Shown here: in pieces, positions 48,831-58,272 of the stretch
How positions within the stretch are numbered: position 1 is the stretch's first letter
Layout of the letters: the number at the start of each line of letters is the position of its first letter
NCBI GenBank assembly: GCA_024280885.1
Contig: JAJRPF010000020.1
Span: 24,697-88,696, forward strand
Length of the DNA: 64,000 nt
Direction: 5' to 3'
Origin: Planctomycetota bacterium
Lineage (GTDB): Bacteria; Planctomycetota; JAJSAM01; JAJVHW01
The notes under the pieces: generated by a model
Told to the model about the DNA's origin: nothing
What the model saw: only the letters and a program-made list of their open reading frames with translations
Database searches by the model: none
Program-made: the position numbers and the translations under genes

Positions 48831-51800
48831 ATGGGGCCCCACATAGCTCGGCCTATCTCTGACCTGACGCGGATTGCGCACCGTGAAATGCGCAAGCGCC
48901 TGCGAGGGTTGGGGGAGAGAGCTGTGGAGAATTCGCGAGTGGGGGCGTCCCCAAGTGGGAAGTCCGATTCTGGGTCGTCTGTAATGGCGTCGTCTGTTAC
49001 GGGGTCGTCGGTTGCGGGGTCGTCGGTTTGGGAACGCATCGCGCGGTCCGGCAATTGTCTGCTCTTCGTTCTGCTGGTCGGGCTGATCGGTTGGCAAGCG
49101 CCCGAGTCCCTGACCGCGCGGCTGTCCGCTCCGTCTCAGAACGCCGATCGAACGCTCTCGAACGATGCGAGCGGCGATGTTGTCTACTGGGTCTCGCGCG
49201 GGAGTGGCGGTTGGAGCCGCGACGTGCTCATCGAGTTCTCTGGTGACGTCGTCACGACCGAGCACGTGGGCGAGGAAGCCGCCGACGGCCTGATCCGGCT
49301 GGAACCCGATGTGCCCCTCACCGCCACGTGGGTCTCACGCTCCAAGTTGAGGGTGCGGGCCGATTCTGCCCTGCCGCGGGCGCGTCGCGTTCACGTGCAC
49401 TTCGACGTGGCGGCTCTCGATCTCGAGGCGCTCGTGGGCCGTCCTGTGCGTGCGCTGGCGCCGGAGCGTCTCTGGGTCGAGACCGCGCCCGTGCGCGTCA
49501 TCTCAGCGACTGCGACGGAGCACGATGAGAACGGGATCGCGCGCGCGATCGTGGTCGCGTGCGATCTCGATCTCGACGACGAGGACTTCGAGCGCTCCGT
49601 CTCTGTACGAGAGATCGACGCGGATGGGGAGGACGGCGACGAACTGGCCCTACGCGTCGAGCGGATCGACGCGCCCGGGGAGCACGTATGGCGGCTCGCG
49701 CTGCCGGAGGGTCCGCTCCCCGACAACGTGCTCGTGCGCGTGGAAGCCGGGCTCGCTCCGCCGAGCGCCGACGTGGCGCTCGGTCAGGCGTGGGTACGCA
49801 CGCTCACGTTGCGCCCGGAACTGCTCGTGACGTCGTTGGGCACCTACGACGACGGGCTGCTCGTCGGGCTCAACCACACGGTCCCGCTGCCGCGCGAGGG
49901 CTTCCTGTCGCTCGATCCGCCGATCGACTTTCAGATTCACAGGCGAAGGGGCGATCTGCGCCTCTACGGCGACTTCATCCCGGGCAGCACGTATCGCGTG
50001 ACGTTCCACGCGGGTTTCCCCGGCGCCGGGCCCGCGCGGCTGCGCAAGGAAACGGTCCGCAGCGTGCGGCTGCCCGACGCGGATCCGGAGCTCGCCTTCC
50101 CTGATCGCGGCTCTGTACTGTCGTCGATCGCGCGCCATGAGATCGCGATCGAGAGCATCAATGTGCAGCGTCTCGAAGTTGCCGCGCGCACGGTCTACGC
50201 GAACAACGTCGTGCGTCTCGCGCAAGACAAGCGGGCCTCCGACGTCGTGTTCGGCCCGTGGGTGCGGACCGAGATTGCCGTTGCGGGTACGCGCAACGAG
50301 AAGACCATCGAGCGCATCGCCCTGGACGATCTGCTGGGCAAGCGCGACGACGGCAGCGCGCTCGGCCTGCACGAGATCCGCATCCGTGACCTCGACAACG
50401 AGGCACGCGCGGTGCGGCGACTGGTACAGATCACCGACCTCGGGACGACCGTGCGCGCGACGCGCGACGCGATTGCAGTGCGAGTTGCTTCCATCGCGTA
50501 CGCCCGCCCCGTCGCGGGTGCCGAGGTCATGGTGCGGACGCCGACGAACCAGACGCTCTGCCGTGGTGTGACGGGAGCCGACGGGACGGTCGTGCTCCGC
50601 TATCCGGCGCGCGACGACGACCGCGTTCCTTTCCTGATCGAGGTCAGCACCGCGACGGATCGCACGTTCGTGGACCTGAACGGATTCGAGGTCGCGCTGG
50701 CCGACGAGGCACAATCCGGGCGTCCGTATCTGCGCGGTGGATTCGAGTGTCACGTCTATCCCGACCGCGGCGCCGTACGCCCCGGCGAGACGGCGCGCGT
50801 CACGATCGTCGGTCGCAGCGCGCGTGGCGTCAGTGCGGTCGGCGCCGACGTCGAGGTGCGCTGGTTCGGTCCGGATCGGCGTCTGCGTCGCAGCGAACGC
50901 ATGCCCTTTGGCGACTCGGGCCTGCTTGTGGCAGAGCATGCGACTTCGACCGCCGATGCGACGGGTGCCTGGCGCGTCGAAGTCGTCGACGTGAAGAGCG
51001 AGACCGTCACTGGCCGGGCGTCGTTCCTGGTCGAGGCGTTCGTGCCCGATCGCATCGAAGCGGCCGTGGAAATCGTAGGCACGCCGACGCTCGGCTCGGC
51101 GGCACGACTGCGTGTGCGCGCGAGTTGGCTTGAGGGTTCGCCTGCCGAGGGACGTCCGTTCCGCGCGTCGGTGCGCCTCGATCATCTGCGCTGGCGACCC
51201 GACGGATTCGCCGAGTTCTCGTTCGCAGCGCTGCACGACGGGGAAGCGCAGGCGCCCCCCGGGAATCTGCCGGTCGTCAAGGGCGTGCTGGGCGACGACG
51301 GCGAGGTGGATGTCGTCGTCTCGATCCCGGGCGGCTCGGCATCGGGCAAGGCGAAGGGCGCCGTTCAGGGCTACCGCGCCACGGTCCGTGTCGAAGTCAG
51401 CGATCCTTCCGGCCGCCCGGTGCGTGCGGGGCTGGTGACCGACGTGCTCCGCGACGGGCCACTGCTCGGCGCGCGGGCTGACGACGAGACGGTCGAGGTC
51501 GCGCTCGTCATGCCCGATGGCTCCCTTCATGACGGCCAGGCGCCCGTGAATGTGACGCTCGAGCGGCGTCATTGGGAGTGGCGAACGCGACGGCGCGGGT
51601 CGAGCCGCAGCGGGCGCCGCTATGTGTGGGAGTCGTACGTCGTCGCGGAACCAGCGGGCACGCTGAGCGGCACGATTGTGAATGGTCGCGCGACCCTCAC
51701 GCTGCCGGAGTTGCGGACGTTCCGCGACTGGATCGTCGCCGTCGTGCGCAGCGATGTCGAGGGCGACTCGCTGCGTGCGGATGCGCGGATCGGGAGTGCT

Positions 51801-54389
51801 ATTCCGCGTCCCGATCGCCTCCGGGTCGAAGGGCCGAACGAACCTGTTCACGCGGGCGACGAGATCGAGCTGACGATTGCCTCGCCCACGGCGGGAACGG
51901 CGTTCATCACGTTCGAGAGTACGACGATCGATGCTGTGCTGACGGCCGACGTGGCGCGCGGCCACGACACGCTGCGCGTCGTCGTACCGGAGCACATCGA
52001 GGGCCCGAACGTGCATGTCGTCGTCACGCTCGTCGCACCGCAGGCGCGCGCTGACGCGACGCCGCCGTACTGGATCGTCGGCGCGACGTCGTTGCGACTC
52101 GCCGCCGACGATCTGGCCACCGTGGTCACCATCGACGCCCCGGAGGTGGTCCTGCCCGAGTCGGACGTCGAACTCCTCATCGACGCCCCCGGCGCGACGC
52201 ACGCGACCGTGGCCCTCATCGACGAGGGCGTGCTACGCGTGACCGGCCATCTCGACCCGGACCCGATCGCGTTCTTCCGCGCGCGTCGTCGTCTGGAGAC
52301 GCAAGGGGCCGATACGGGTACGCGTCTGATGGAGCGCCCGGGCTACGACCCCGACACGCTCGACGGCGGTGACGAGGGCTCGGGCTCCGCGATCGGAGCG
52401 CGGCTCGAGGCGTCCACCTCGGCCGTCATCGAGACCGTGGCGCTCTTTCAAGGGCCTGTGCGACTCGATCCCGAAGGCCGCGCGCGTGTGACGTTCACGC
52501 TGCCGCCGTACGAGGGCCGCCTGCGCGCGGTCGTCATCGCCGCTGGTTCGTCCCGCGTGGGCGCCGCGAGTGCCGAGGTCACGGTGCGCGCACCGCTTGG
52601 ATTGCGGATCGCGGCGCCGCGGCGACTCACGCCGGGTGACGTCTCCACCGCCACCGTCACGGTGCGCAATGGCACCGGCGTCGAAGCGTCCGTCAGCGTG
52701 AACGTCGCGGCGAGTCAAGGCGTCGAGCTCCGCGGCGACGCGCAGCGGCAAGTCGTTCTCGCGGATGGCAAGACGCTGTCGTTTGACGTGGAACTCGTCG
52801 CGACGGGCCTCTCGGATGGTGCTCTCATCGCGGTCAATGCCGTGTGTGGCGATCAGCGACGCGAAGTCGAGGTCGTCGTTCCCGTGCAGCCCGCGGGTCT
52901 CTTCGAGACGCGTCGAGTCGGTCTGCACCTTGCGGCCGACGGCTCGCTGACCATCCCCGGGAAGTGGGCGCCCGGCACGCGCACCGCCCGACTCGTCATC
53001 GCGCCCGGCGTCGGCGCGGATCTTCTCCCGGCGCTCGAGGCGCTCCTGCGCTACCCGCATGGCTGTGTCGAGCAAACCTCGTCACGCGCGCACGCCGTCT
53101 TGGCCTGCCGTCCGCTCTTGAAAGAACTCGCTCCTGATGCCGCCGAGCGGGCCGACGACATGATCGTGCAGGGGATCGCGCGCTTGCGTTCGATGCAGAT
53201 GCCGCGTGGCGGCATGTCCTTCTGGCCGGGGGGCCGCAACGAGGTCGATCTCGGCAGTCTGGTCGCGCTCGACTTCCTGCTCGACGCTCGTGATCAGGGT
53301 TTCGATGTGGACGAGAAGTCGCTCCGCCGGCTCGTCCGGCGCGTCGGCTCTCGTCTGGCGGCGCGACCGGATGCATCGTTCCGAGCGATGGCCGTCGAGA
53401 TCCTCTCGCGCGGTGGGGGAGCCGTCGGTCGGTGGCTGCCGAACCTCGTCGAGTCCGTGAAGCGGCCGGAGGATCGGGCGCGTGTGGCGCTCGCTCTGGC
53501 GCGCATCGGTGACGTTGCGGCGGCGCAGGCTCTGCTGGCGGAGGCATCCGGCGGTTCGGACGACATCCCGGTTGCCGTAGCCGAGACGGGCGGCCTGCTC
53601 TTCTCCCCGACGCGCGAGCGCGCCTTCCTGTTGCGGGCGCTGCTCGAGGTGGCGCCGAAGGATCGGCGGATCGATGTCCTCGCCGACGCACTGCGGGCCG
53701 ATGTTCTCGCCCCGGCTCGTCTCACGACCCAATCGCAGTCGCACGCGGTGCGGGCGCTCTCCGCACTTCACCTGCGCGATCTGCAGGACACGCCCGACGT
53801 GCGCGGCTCCGTCTTCGTGGACGACGTCGAGTACCCGGTCGATGGCCGCACCGAGATCGACATACCCGCCGCGGCGCGCGGCAACATCCGCGTGGCACTC
53901 TCGCGCAGGAGCCGTGCGCTGCTCGCGGTGCGCGGCGTCCGGATCGATATCGCACCCGTGGACGACGACGGCGAATTCCGCATCGCGCGGCGTCTGATCG
54001 ACGTCGAGACGGGCCGCGCTCCGACGAAGATCCGGCGCGGCGGAGCCTACGATGTGATCCTCGAGGTGGGCCTCGCCGACACCGCTTCGAACCTCCTCCT
54101 CACCGACATCCTTCCGGCCGGGATGGAGGCCGAGAGCCCTCGGCACGGCGTCCGCGACGGTCGCCGGTCGGGTGAGCGGCTCCCCGATCATGTGGACGTC
54201 CGCGACGATCGGGTACTCCTCCATCTCGACGGTCCCATCCGTCGCGGCACGTTCAGCGTCCGCTACCGCGTTCACGCGACGTTCCCGGGGCGCTATGCCG
54301 TTGCGCCGCCTGTAATCGAGGCGCTCTACAAGCCGGGCAGCATGGTGCGCGGGCGTTCCGCGTCTGACGGCGTCGAGATCGTGCGGTGA
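48831..54389 (+). CDS. Bacterial alpha-2-macroglobulin family protein (thioester-containing, MG domains)
   Basis: 1852 aa. N-terminal hydrophobic anchor CLLFVLLVGLIGW. Repeated MG-like beta-sandwich regions. Thioester motif in RYPHGCVEQTSSRA. A C-terminal receptor-binding-like domain. The start could instead be M20 (48888). Confidence 0.85.
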   Translation: MGPHIARPISDLTRIAHREMRKRLRGLGERAVENSRVGASPSGKSDSGSSVMASSVTGSSVAGSSVWERIARSGNCLLFVLLVGLIGWQAPESLTARLSAPSQNADRTLSNDASGDVVYWVSRGSGGWSRDVLIEFSGDVVTTEHVGEEAADGLIRLEPDVPLTATWVSRSKLRVRADSALPRARRVHVHFDVAALDLEALVGRPVRALAPERLWVETAPVRVISATATEHDENGIARAIVVACDLDLDDEDFERSVSVREIDADGEDGDELALRVERIDAPGEHVWRLALPEGPLPDNVLVRVEAGLAPPSADVALGQAWVRTLTLRPELLVTSLGTYDDGLLVGLNHTVPLPREGFLSLDPPIDFQIHRRRGDLRLYGDFIPGSTYRVTFHAGFPGAGPARLRKETVRSVRLPDADPELAFPDRGSVLSSIARHEIAIESINVQRLEVAARTVYANNVVRLAQDKRASDVVFGPWVRTEIAVAGTRNEKTIERIALDDLLGKRDDGSALGLHEIRIRDLDNEARAVRRLVQITDLGTTVRATRDAIAVRVASIAYARPVAGAEVMVRTPTNQTLCRGVTGADGTVVLRYPARDDDRVPFLIEVSTATDRTFVDLNGFEVALADEAQSGRPYLRGGFECHVYPDRGAVRPGETARVTIVGRSARGVSAVGADVEVRWFGPDRRLRRSERMPFGDSGLLVAEHATSTADATGAWRVEVVDVKSETVTGRASFLVEAFVPDRIEAAVEIVGTPTLGSAARLRVRASWLEGSPAEGRPFRASVRLDHLRWRPDGFAEFSFAALHDGEAQAPPGNLPVVKGVLGDDGEVDVVVSIPGGSASGKAKGAVQGYRATVRVEVSDPSGRPVRAGLVTDVLRDGPLLGARADDETVEVALVMPDGSLHDGQAPVNVTLERRHWEWRTRRRGSSRSGRRYVWESYVVAEPAGTLSGTIVNGRATLTLPELRTFRDWIVAVVRSDVEGDSLRADARIGSAIPRPDRLRVEGPNEPVHAGDEIELTIASPTAGTAFITFESTTIDAVLTADVARGHDTLRVVVPEHIEGPNVHVVVTLVAPQARADATPPYWIVGATSLRLAADDLATVVTIDAPEVVLPESDVELLIDAPGATHATVALIDEGVLRVTGHLDPDPIAFFRARRRLETQGADTGTRLMERPGYDPDTLDGGDEGSGSAIGARLEASTSAVIETVALFQGPVRLDPEGRARVTFTLPPYEGRLRAVVIAAGSSRVGAASAEVTVRAPLGLRIAAPRRLTPGDVSTATVTVRNGTGVEASVSVNVAASQGVELRGDAQRQVVLADGKTLSFDVELVATGLSDGALIAVNAVCGDQRREVEVVVPVQPAGLFETRRVGLHLAADGSLTIPGKWAPGTRTARLVIAPGVGADLLPALEALLRYPHGCVEQTSSRAHAVLACRPLLKELAPDAAERADDMIVQGIARLRSMQMPRGGMSFWPGGRNEVDLGSLVALDFLLDARDQGFDVDEKSLRRLVRRVGSRLAARPDASFRAMAVEILSRGGGAVGRWLPNLVESVKRPEDRARVALALARIGDVAAAQALLAEASGGSDDIPVAVAETGGLLFSPTRERAFLLRALLEVAPKDRRIDVLADALRADVLAPARLTTQSQSHAVRALSALHLRDLQDTPDVRGSVFVDDVEYPVDGRTEIDIPAAARGNIRVALSRRSRALLAVRGVRIDIAPVDDDGEFRIARRLIDVETGRAPTKIRRGGAYDVILEVGLADTASNLLLTDILPAGMEAESPRHGVRDGRRSGERLPDHVDVRDDRVLLHLDGPIRRGTFSVRYRVHATFPGRYAVAPPVIEALYKPGSMVRGRSASDGVEIVR

Positions 54390-56047
54390 GACATCCCCTG
54401 CGATCCGCGATCCGGTGGACGCGCCGACTCGCGTGGTTGCTCGTCGTCTGCTGGGTCGGCGAGCGTGGGCTCGAAGTCGCGTGGCCGTATCCGAGCGAGC
54501 AACTCGCTGCGCGGCCTGCTTCGCGCGTGTTCTACGCCGCGGATGGCTCGCTCCTGCGCGTGACGCCGACGGTGGACGGCGAGCGTTCTCTGCCCGTGTC
54601 CTTGGAGAACGTGTCGCCCCATGTCGTGGATGCGCTCATCGCGGCCGAGGACCAGCGTTTCCGCTCGCATTCGGGCGTCGATCCCGCGGCGATCGTCCGC
54701 GCGGCCCTCGGCAACCTTGCGGCGGGGCGCGTCGTCTCGGGCGCATCCACGCTCACGATGCAGGTCGTGCGTCTGGTCGAGCCACGACCGCGTGACCTCG
54801 CCGGGAAGATTGCGGAGGCGCTGCGCGCGCGGCAACTCGAGCGACTCCTCTCGAAGGATGCCATCCTTGCGGCGTATCTCAACCGCGTGCCGTTCGGCGG
54901 GACGACGCGCGGGATCGAGGCGGCCGCCCAGCGCTGGTACGGCAAGCGCGCGCGCGATCTGAATCTCGGCGAGGCGGCGGCGCTCGTCGCCATGTTGCCC
55001 GCACCGACGGCGCGTGCGCCGGATCTCGGTTCCCACGCGGACGGCGACGGACTGACGGCGGGCGCGCTCCGTCTCGCCGCCGCCCGCCGCGAGGTGCTCG
55101 CGCGCATGGAGAGCCACGGCGTGATCAATGTCGCCGCCCGCCGTGCGGCGGCATCGCAACCGCTCCCGACAGCGCGCCGGCTCTGGCCGTATCGTGCGCC
55201 CCATGCGTGCGACCTCTTCGCCGCGCGTTCGCGATCTCCCGTCACACCGACGACCATCGACGTCGAGTTGCAGACCCGTGTCGAGGAGGTTGCGCGCTCG
55301 CATGATGCCGTCGCGGTGGACGGACTCGCCGTCGTCGTTCTCGATCGCACGAGCGGCGAACTCCGCGCCATGCTCGGATCGCGCGACTACCGCACGCACC
55401 CGCTGAATGCCGCGACGTGTCGCCGCAGCGCTGGCAGCACGTTGAAGCCCTTCCTCTACGCCCTCGCGCTCGACGCGGGGATCGCCGGCCCCGAGCAACT
55501 CGTGCGCGACACGCCGATCGTCTTCCGCGACTACGCGCCGCGCAACTTCGAGGGCGCGTACCGCGGCGCGCTCACCGCATCGGACGCGCTCGCGACGTCG
55601 CGCAACCTGCCCGCCATCCGACTGCTCCGCGACGTCGGCCCAGAGCGCTTCGCCGATCTCCTGCGCACCCTCGGCTTCCGCCTCCCGCGCCACGCGATCC
55701 ACGTCGACGCCGCCCTCGGCACGATCTCCGTCTCGCCGCTCGAATTGGCACGCGCGTACCAGCGTCTCGCCAGCCCCGACGAGTTCCCCGGGCTCTCGCA
55801 GCGTGCGCGCGATCAGGTGATCGACGCCCTCTCCGGTCGCACGTCAGAACACACGCTGCCCGGCGCCGGCCCCGTCGCGTGGAAGACCGGCACCAGCAGC
55901 GGTCGCCGCGACGCATGGTGCGCCGGCATCACCGCGCAGCACGTGATCGTCGTCTGGCTCGGCCGCCTCGACGGCACCCCCGACGCCAACCTCGTGGGCG
56001 GCCGCGTCGCCGCCGACCTACTCGCCGAACTCGCCGCGGCGCTCTGA
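54386..56047 (+). CDS. pbpC: Penicillin-binding protein 1C-like bifunctional transglycosylase/transpeptidase (short form)
   Basis: Glycosyltransferase-51 motifs AAEDQRFRSHSGVD and RVPFGGTTRGIEAAAQRWYG. Transpeptidase STLKPFLYALAL (SxxK), TSRN (SxN) and WKTGTSSG (KTG). GTG start overlapping the alpha-2-macroglobulin stop (GTGA). At 553 aa the product is shorter than typical PbpC proteins. Confidence 0.85.
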   Translation: MRHPLRSAIRWTRRLAWLLVVCWVGERGLEVAWPYPSEQLAARPASRVFYAADGSLLRVTPTVDGERSLPVSLENVSPHVVDALIAAEDQRFRSHSGVDPAAIVRAALGNLAAGRVVSGASTLTMQVVRLVEPRPRDLAGKIAEALRARQLERLLSKDAILAAYLNRVPFGGTTRGIEAAAQRWYGKRARDLNLGEAAALVAMLPAPTARAPDLGSHADGDGLTAGALRLAAARREVLARMESHGVINVAARRAAASQPLPTARRLWPYRAPHACDLFAARSRSPVTPTTIDVELQTRVEEVARSHDAVAVDGLAVVVLDRTSGELRAMLGSRDYRTHPLNAATCRRSAGSTLKPFLYALALDAGIAGPEQLVRDTPIVFRDYAPRNFEGAYRGALTASDALATSRNLPAIRLLRDVGPERFADLLRTLGFRLPRHAIHVDAALGTISVSPLELARAYQRLASPDEFPGLSQRARDQVIDALSGRTSEHTLPGAGPVAWKTGTSSGRRDAWCAGITAQHVIVVWLGRLDGTPDANLVGGRVAADLLAELAAAL

Positions 56048-56118
56048 GGCAACCGCCTGATCGACGTTCGCCAACCAGGCGCTCCAGGCGCTGGTTTCCA
56101 CGAGGAGCGTCCGGCCCA

Positions 56119-56409
56119 TCAGGTCGCGCAGTCGTCGGGCGTCTGATCGCGACTTGGCCCGTAGAGGGCCTCATCGTGCCTGACGGCGCCACCAGTTCCG
56201 TCGACGATCCCGGTGATCGATGCGAGCACGTCGCGACCCACCAGCGATCGTTCGGACAGGTGCGCGGTCAGGATCTCCCGGATCACGGAACTCATACTCG
56301 TGCCCGCTGCTTCAGCACGAGCCCGGAGAGCATCCACCTGCCACTCCTCCAACATCACCTGCGTTCTGTGCATGGCATCCATCGTAGTCCATCCATCGTT
56401 GCGGTGCAC
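56119..56409 (-). CDS. Ribbon-helix-helix (CopG/antitoxin-like) DNA-binding protein, orphan
   Basis: MHRTQVMLEEWQVDALRARAEAAGTSMSSVIREIL is a canonical RHH beta-strand plus two helices. The start is ambiguous (M1, M10 or M13). No toxin-sized ORF fits in the 70 nt before pbpC. Confidence 0.55.
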   Translation of the reverse strand: MHRNDGWTTMDAMHRTQVMLEEWQVDALRARAEAAGTSMSSVIREILTAHLSERSLVGRDVLASITGIVDGTGGAVRHDEALYGPSRDQTPDDCAT

Positions 56410-56491
56410 TCCGCCATCGCGCTCGGAGGACGACCGACCCGCGCCATGTATACGCCGACTCTCGCGCCCTCACGAGCGTGTTGCGACGCGT

Positions 56492-56638
56492 GTTGCGACG
56501 GCGGTGCGGCGTAATGGACCTCCGTCCCCGTGTAGAATACTGAATGACGTTGCGCGCTGCGACGACGCGGTTGACAGGCTGACGAGCCTGGTCGAAAGTG
56601 GAGCGTTCAAACCGACGAATCGAACCTGGCACAGAATG
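56492..56638 (+). repeat. Copy 1 of a ~145-bp direct repeat carrying TTGACA and a mini-ORF start
   Basis: Near-identical to 60683..60823: ...gcggcggYRcggcg...tccgtccccg...ggatactgaatgacgttgcgcgctgcgacgacgcggTTGACAggcYgRcgagcctggtcgaaagtggagcgttcaRaYcgacgaatYgaRcctggcacagWATG. Confidence 0.8.
56571..56599 (+). promoter_or_regulatory. Possible sigma-70-type promoter within repeat copy 1 (perfect -35 TTGACA, weak -10 GAAAGT after a 17-nt spacer)
   Basis: TTGACA at 56571-56576, with the same hexamer at 60757-60762 in copy 2. The -10 is poor, so this is only a candidate. Confidence 0.25.
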
Positions 56639-56736
56639 CCGCGGTGCCATGCTCGCTCCTGACAAGAATATGCCGTGGAAGACGCCGAATGTTGTGCACA
56701 CCGAGTGACGGATCGGTACCGATCGGCCTTGGCGGG

Positions 56737-58119
56737 ATGAGGAACTTGGCGTCGCCCCCGCGGCTGTATCTGAGGCCAGCATTAGCGGTGGCATTGGCGC
56801 TGGCGGCCCTCAACCTGCTCGGCTGTAGCACGAGCGTGATCTCGCTGGCAGAGATGCCACCGCATGCGGTGCCGCAGCTTCGAAGCGATGCGGTAGCGCC
56901 GCGTGCGGCGGAACTGCGCGGCGAGCGCGTTCCGCGCGTCTCTGCAAGTGTCGATCGGCAGCGACGAGGGCCCTACCGCGTCTCTGGCCGGATCGTGACG
57001 GCTGGTGGTGAGCCAATTCGGGCCGCAGAACTGTGGCTCGCTCCGGTCCAGGTGAGCGATTCGTACCTGCGCGGTGGGCGGCGGTCGCGCGCAATCGCCG
57101 CCACGTTCGGAGCAGTCAGATTCTCCACCGATTCGCACGGTCGCTTCGCCGCGTCACTGCCGGGCATCAGCGACACCGTTGCGCCTCGCTGGGTGATGCT
57201 CGTGCGAGGCGAGGGTCTGCAGCCCGGCTGGTGTTACGGCGCGCTCCGCGAGTTTGAAGACATCACCCTCTGCGTGCGGCGCGGCCGTCTCGTGACTGGC
57301 AGGGTCGTTGATGAAGACGGAGAGTTGATCATCCCGACCGCCGTCACGGATCTTGAGACTGGCGAGCGCGTGCTGATGGCGGACGCCAATGGGTTCGAAT
57401 TGCGGCAGTGCCTCGACGCGGCGACGCTGCTGACGGTGGAACCAGCGCGGTTCGGAGTTACGCACATGAACAGCGTGTCAATGCGCACGCCGCTGATTCG
57501 AAAAGTCGTGACCGTCCCTGCGTCCGACACCGGTTCGAGCGTGGACCTCGGCGATGTCGTGTACGCGATCGAGTCCAGGACACGACTGACGCGACCGAAA
57601 CTCCGATACGACCACGAACCGTTCTGGCATCGATCGGAGGTCGTCCTCTCTGGTCACGTTCTCGTTTCTGGCGCGCCAATCGACGAATTCGTGCGCGTCG
57701 AGGGTTCGAACCCAGAACTCTCCGGCTTCGCGACACTACGCGATCGAGAGGTCTGCGTGCGACTCACGAGCGCCGCACTGTCTGGCGGCGAGGCTTCGGT
57801 TCAGTTCCTCCCAACCGGATCGATCTCCATTCGTTTCGTGGAGTCGGACTCAGCCGTTCCGATACCGGTCCGCAAGGCGGCGATGACCGTTCGGAACGGC
57901 GCCGGGGAGACGCTGACAGTTCGCAGGTTCAATGATCCAGTCGGTCGTTATCGGGTCTCATGGCAGGTGCCGCTTTGCGAACTCGGAGAGATCTGGCTGT
58001 CGTTCGTCGCAGGCGATCGCGACCTTGGCGAGATCCGTGTGAATCTCGACGTCGACGAGACGATTGCGATATCCGTGTTCGCAGGAGCGAACCGGACTGG
58101 AGCACCGAAGCTGCGATAG
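56737..58119 (+). CDS. Hypothetical lipoprotein with carboxypeptidase-regulatory-like beta-sandwich repeats
   Basis: MRNLASPPRLYLRPALAVALALAALNLLGC lipobox. GRIVTAGGEPI and GRVVDEDGELI segments resemble CarboxypepD_reg-like domains. The track ORF begins at GTG 56644 immediately after the repeat. Confidence 0.5.
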   Translation: MRNLASPPRLYLRPALAVALALAALNLLGCSTSVISLAEMPPHAVPQLRSDAVAPRAAELRGERVPRVSASVDRQRRGPYRVSGRIVTAGGEPIRAAELWLAPVQVSDSYLRGGRRSRAIAATFGAVRFSTDSHGRFAASLPGISDTVAPRWVMLVRGEGLQPGWCYGALREFEDITLCVRRGRLVTGRVVDEDGELIIPTAVTDLETGERVLMADANGFELRQCLDAATLLTVEPARFGVTHMNSVSMRTPLIRKVVTVPASDTGSSVDLGDVVYAIESRTRLTRPKLRYDHEPFWHRSEVVLSGHVLVSGAPIDEFVRVEGSNPELSGFATLRDREVCVRLTSAALSGGEASVQFLPTGSISIRFVESDSAVPIPVRKAAMTVRNGAGETLTVRRFNDPVGRYRVSWQVPLCELGEIWLSFVAGDRDLGEIRVNLDVDETIAISVFAGANRTGAPKLR

Positions 58120-58154
58120 CGGCGACCGGCGTCGGTACTTTGCGCGGGGTTCGC

Positions 58155-58226
58155 GTTCGGCTCGGACAAGAACGACAATCCCGCGCGCGCCCCGGAGTCA
58201 GGCGACAACTATCCTGACACCGGGGG
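58155..58226. repeat. Copy 1 of a ~70-bp intergenic repeat (gacaagaacgRcRatcccgcgcRcgccccGGAGTCRGGcgACAACtRtCCTGACaccggggg)
   Basis: Second copy at 59771..59847. Contains the short inverted repeat GTCAGG-N10-CCTGAC and shares GGAGTCAGG/ACAAC with the MITE arm. Confidence 0.65.
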
Positions 58227-58272
58227 CGGTCTGTCGCCGTCCGGGCGCCGGGCCGAGGCCGACGGAGTTTCG

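Noticed and set aside
48782-48831. TTGACG-N17-CACACT as a promoter for the alpha-2-macroglobulin gene
   Set aside because: The -10 is very poor and I cannot distinguish it from chance; left unannotated.
56577-56600. Hammerhead-ribozyme-like CUGACGAG...GAAA in the 145-bp repeat
   Set aside because: The spacing between the CUGANGA box and GAAA (7 nt) cannot form stem II. Only the short motifs match.
56625-56642. Sigma-54-like TGGCAC element at the end of the repeat
   Set aside because: The GG-N10-GC spacing is off by 2 nt in copy 1, and copy 2 lacks the -12 GC.
57701-57720. GGTTCGAACCC T-loop-like motif suggesting a tRNA
   Set aside because: It lies inside a coherent lipoprotein CDS, with no acceptor-stem or anticodon-arm complementarity around it. 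I found no tRNA in any intergenic region.
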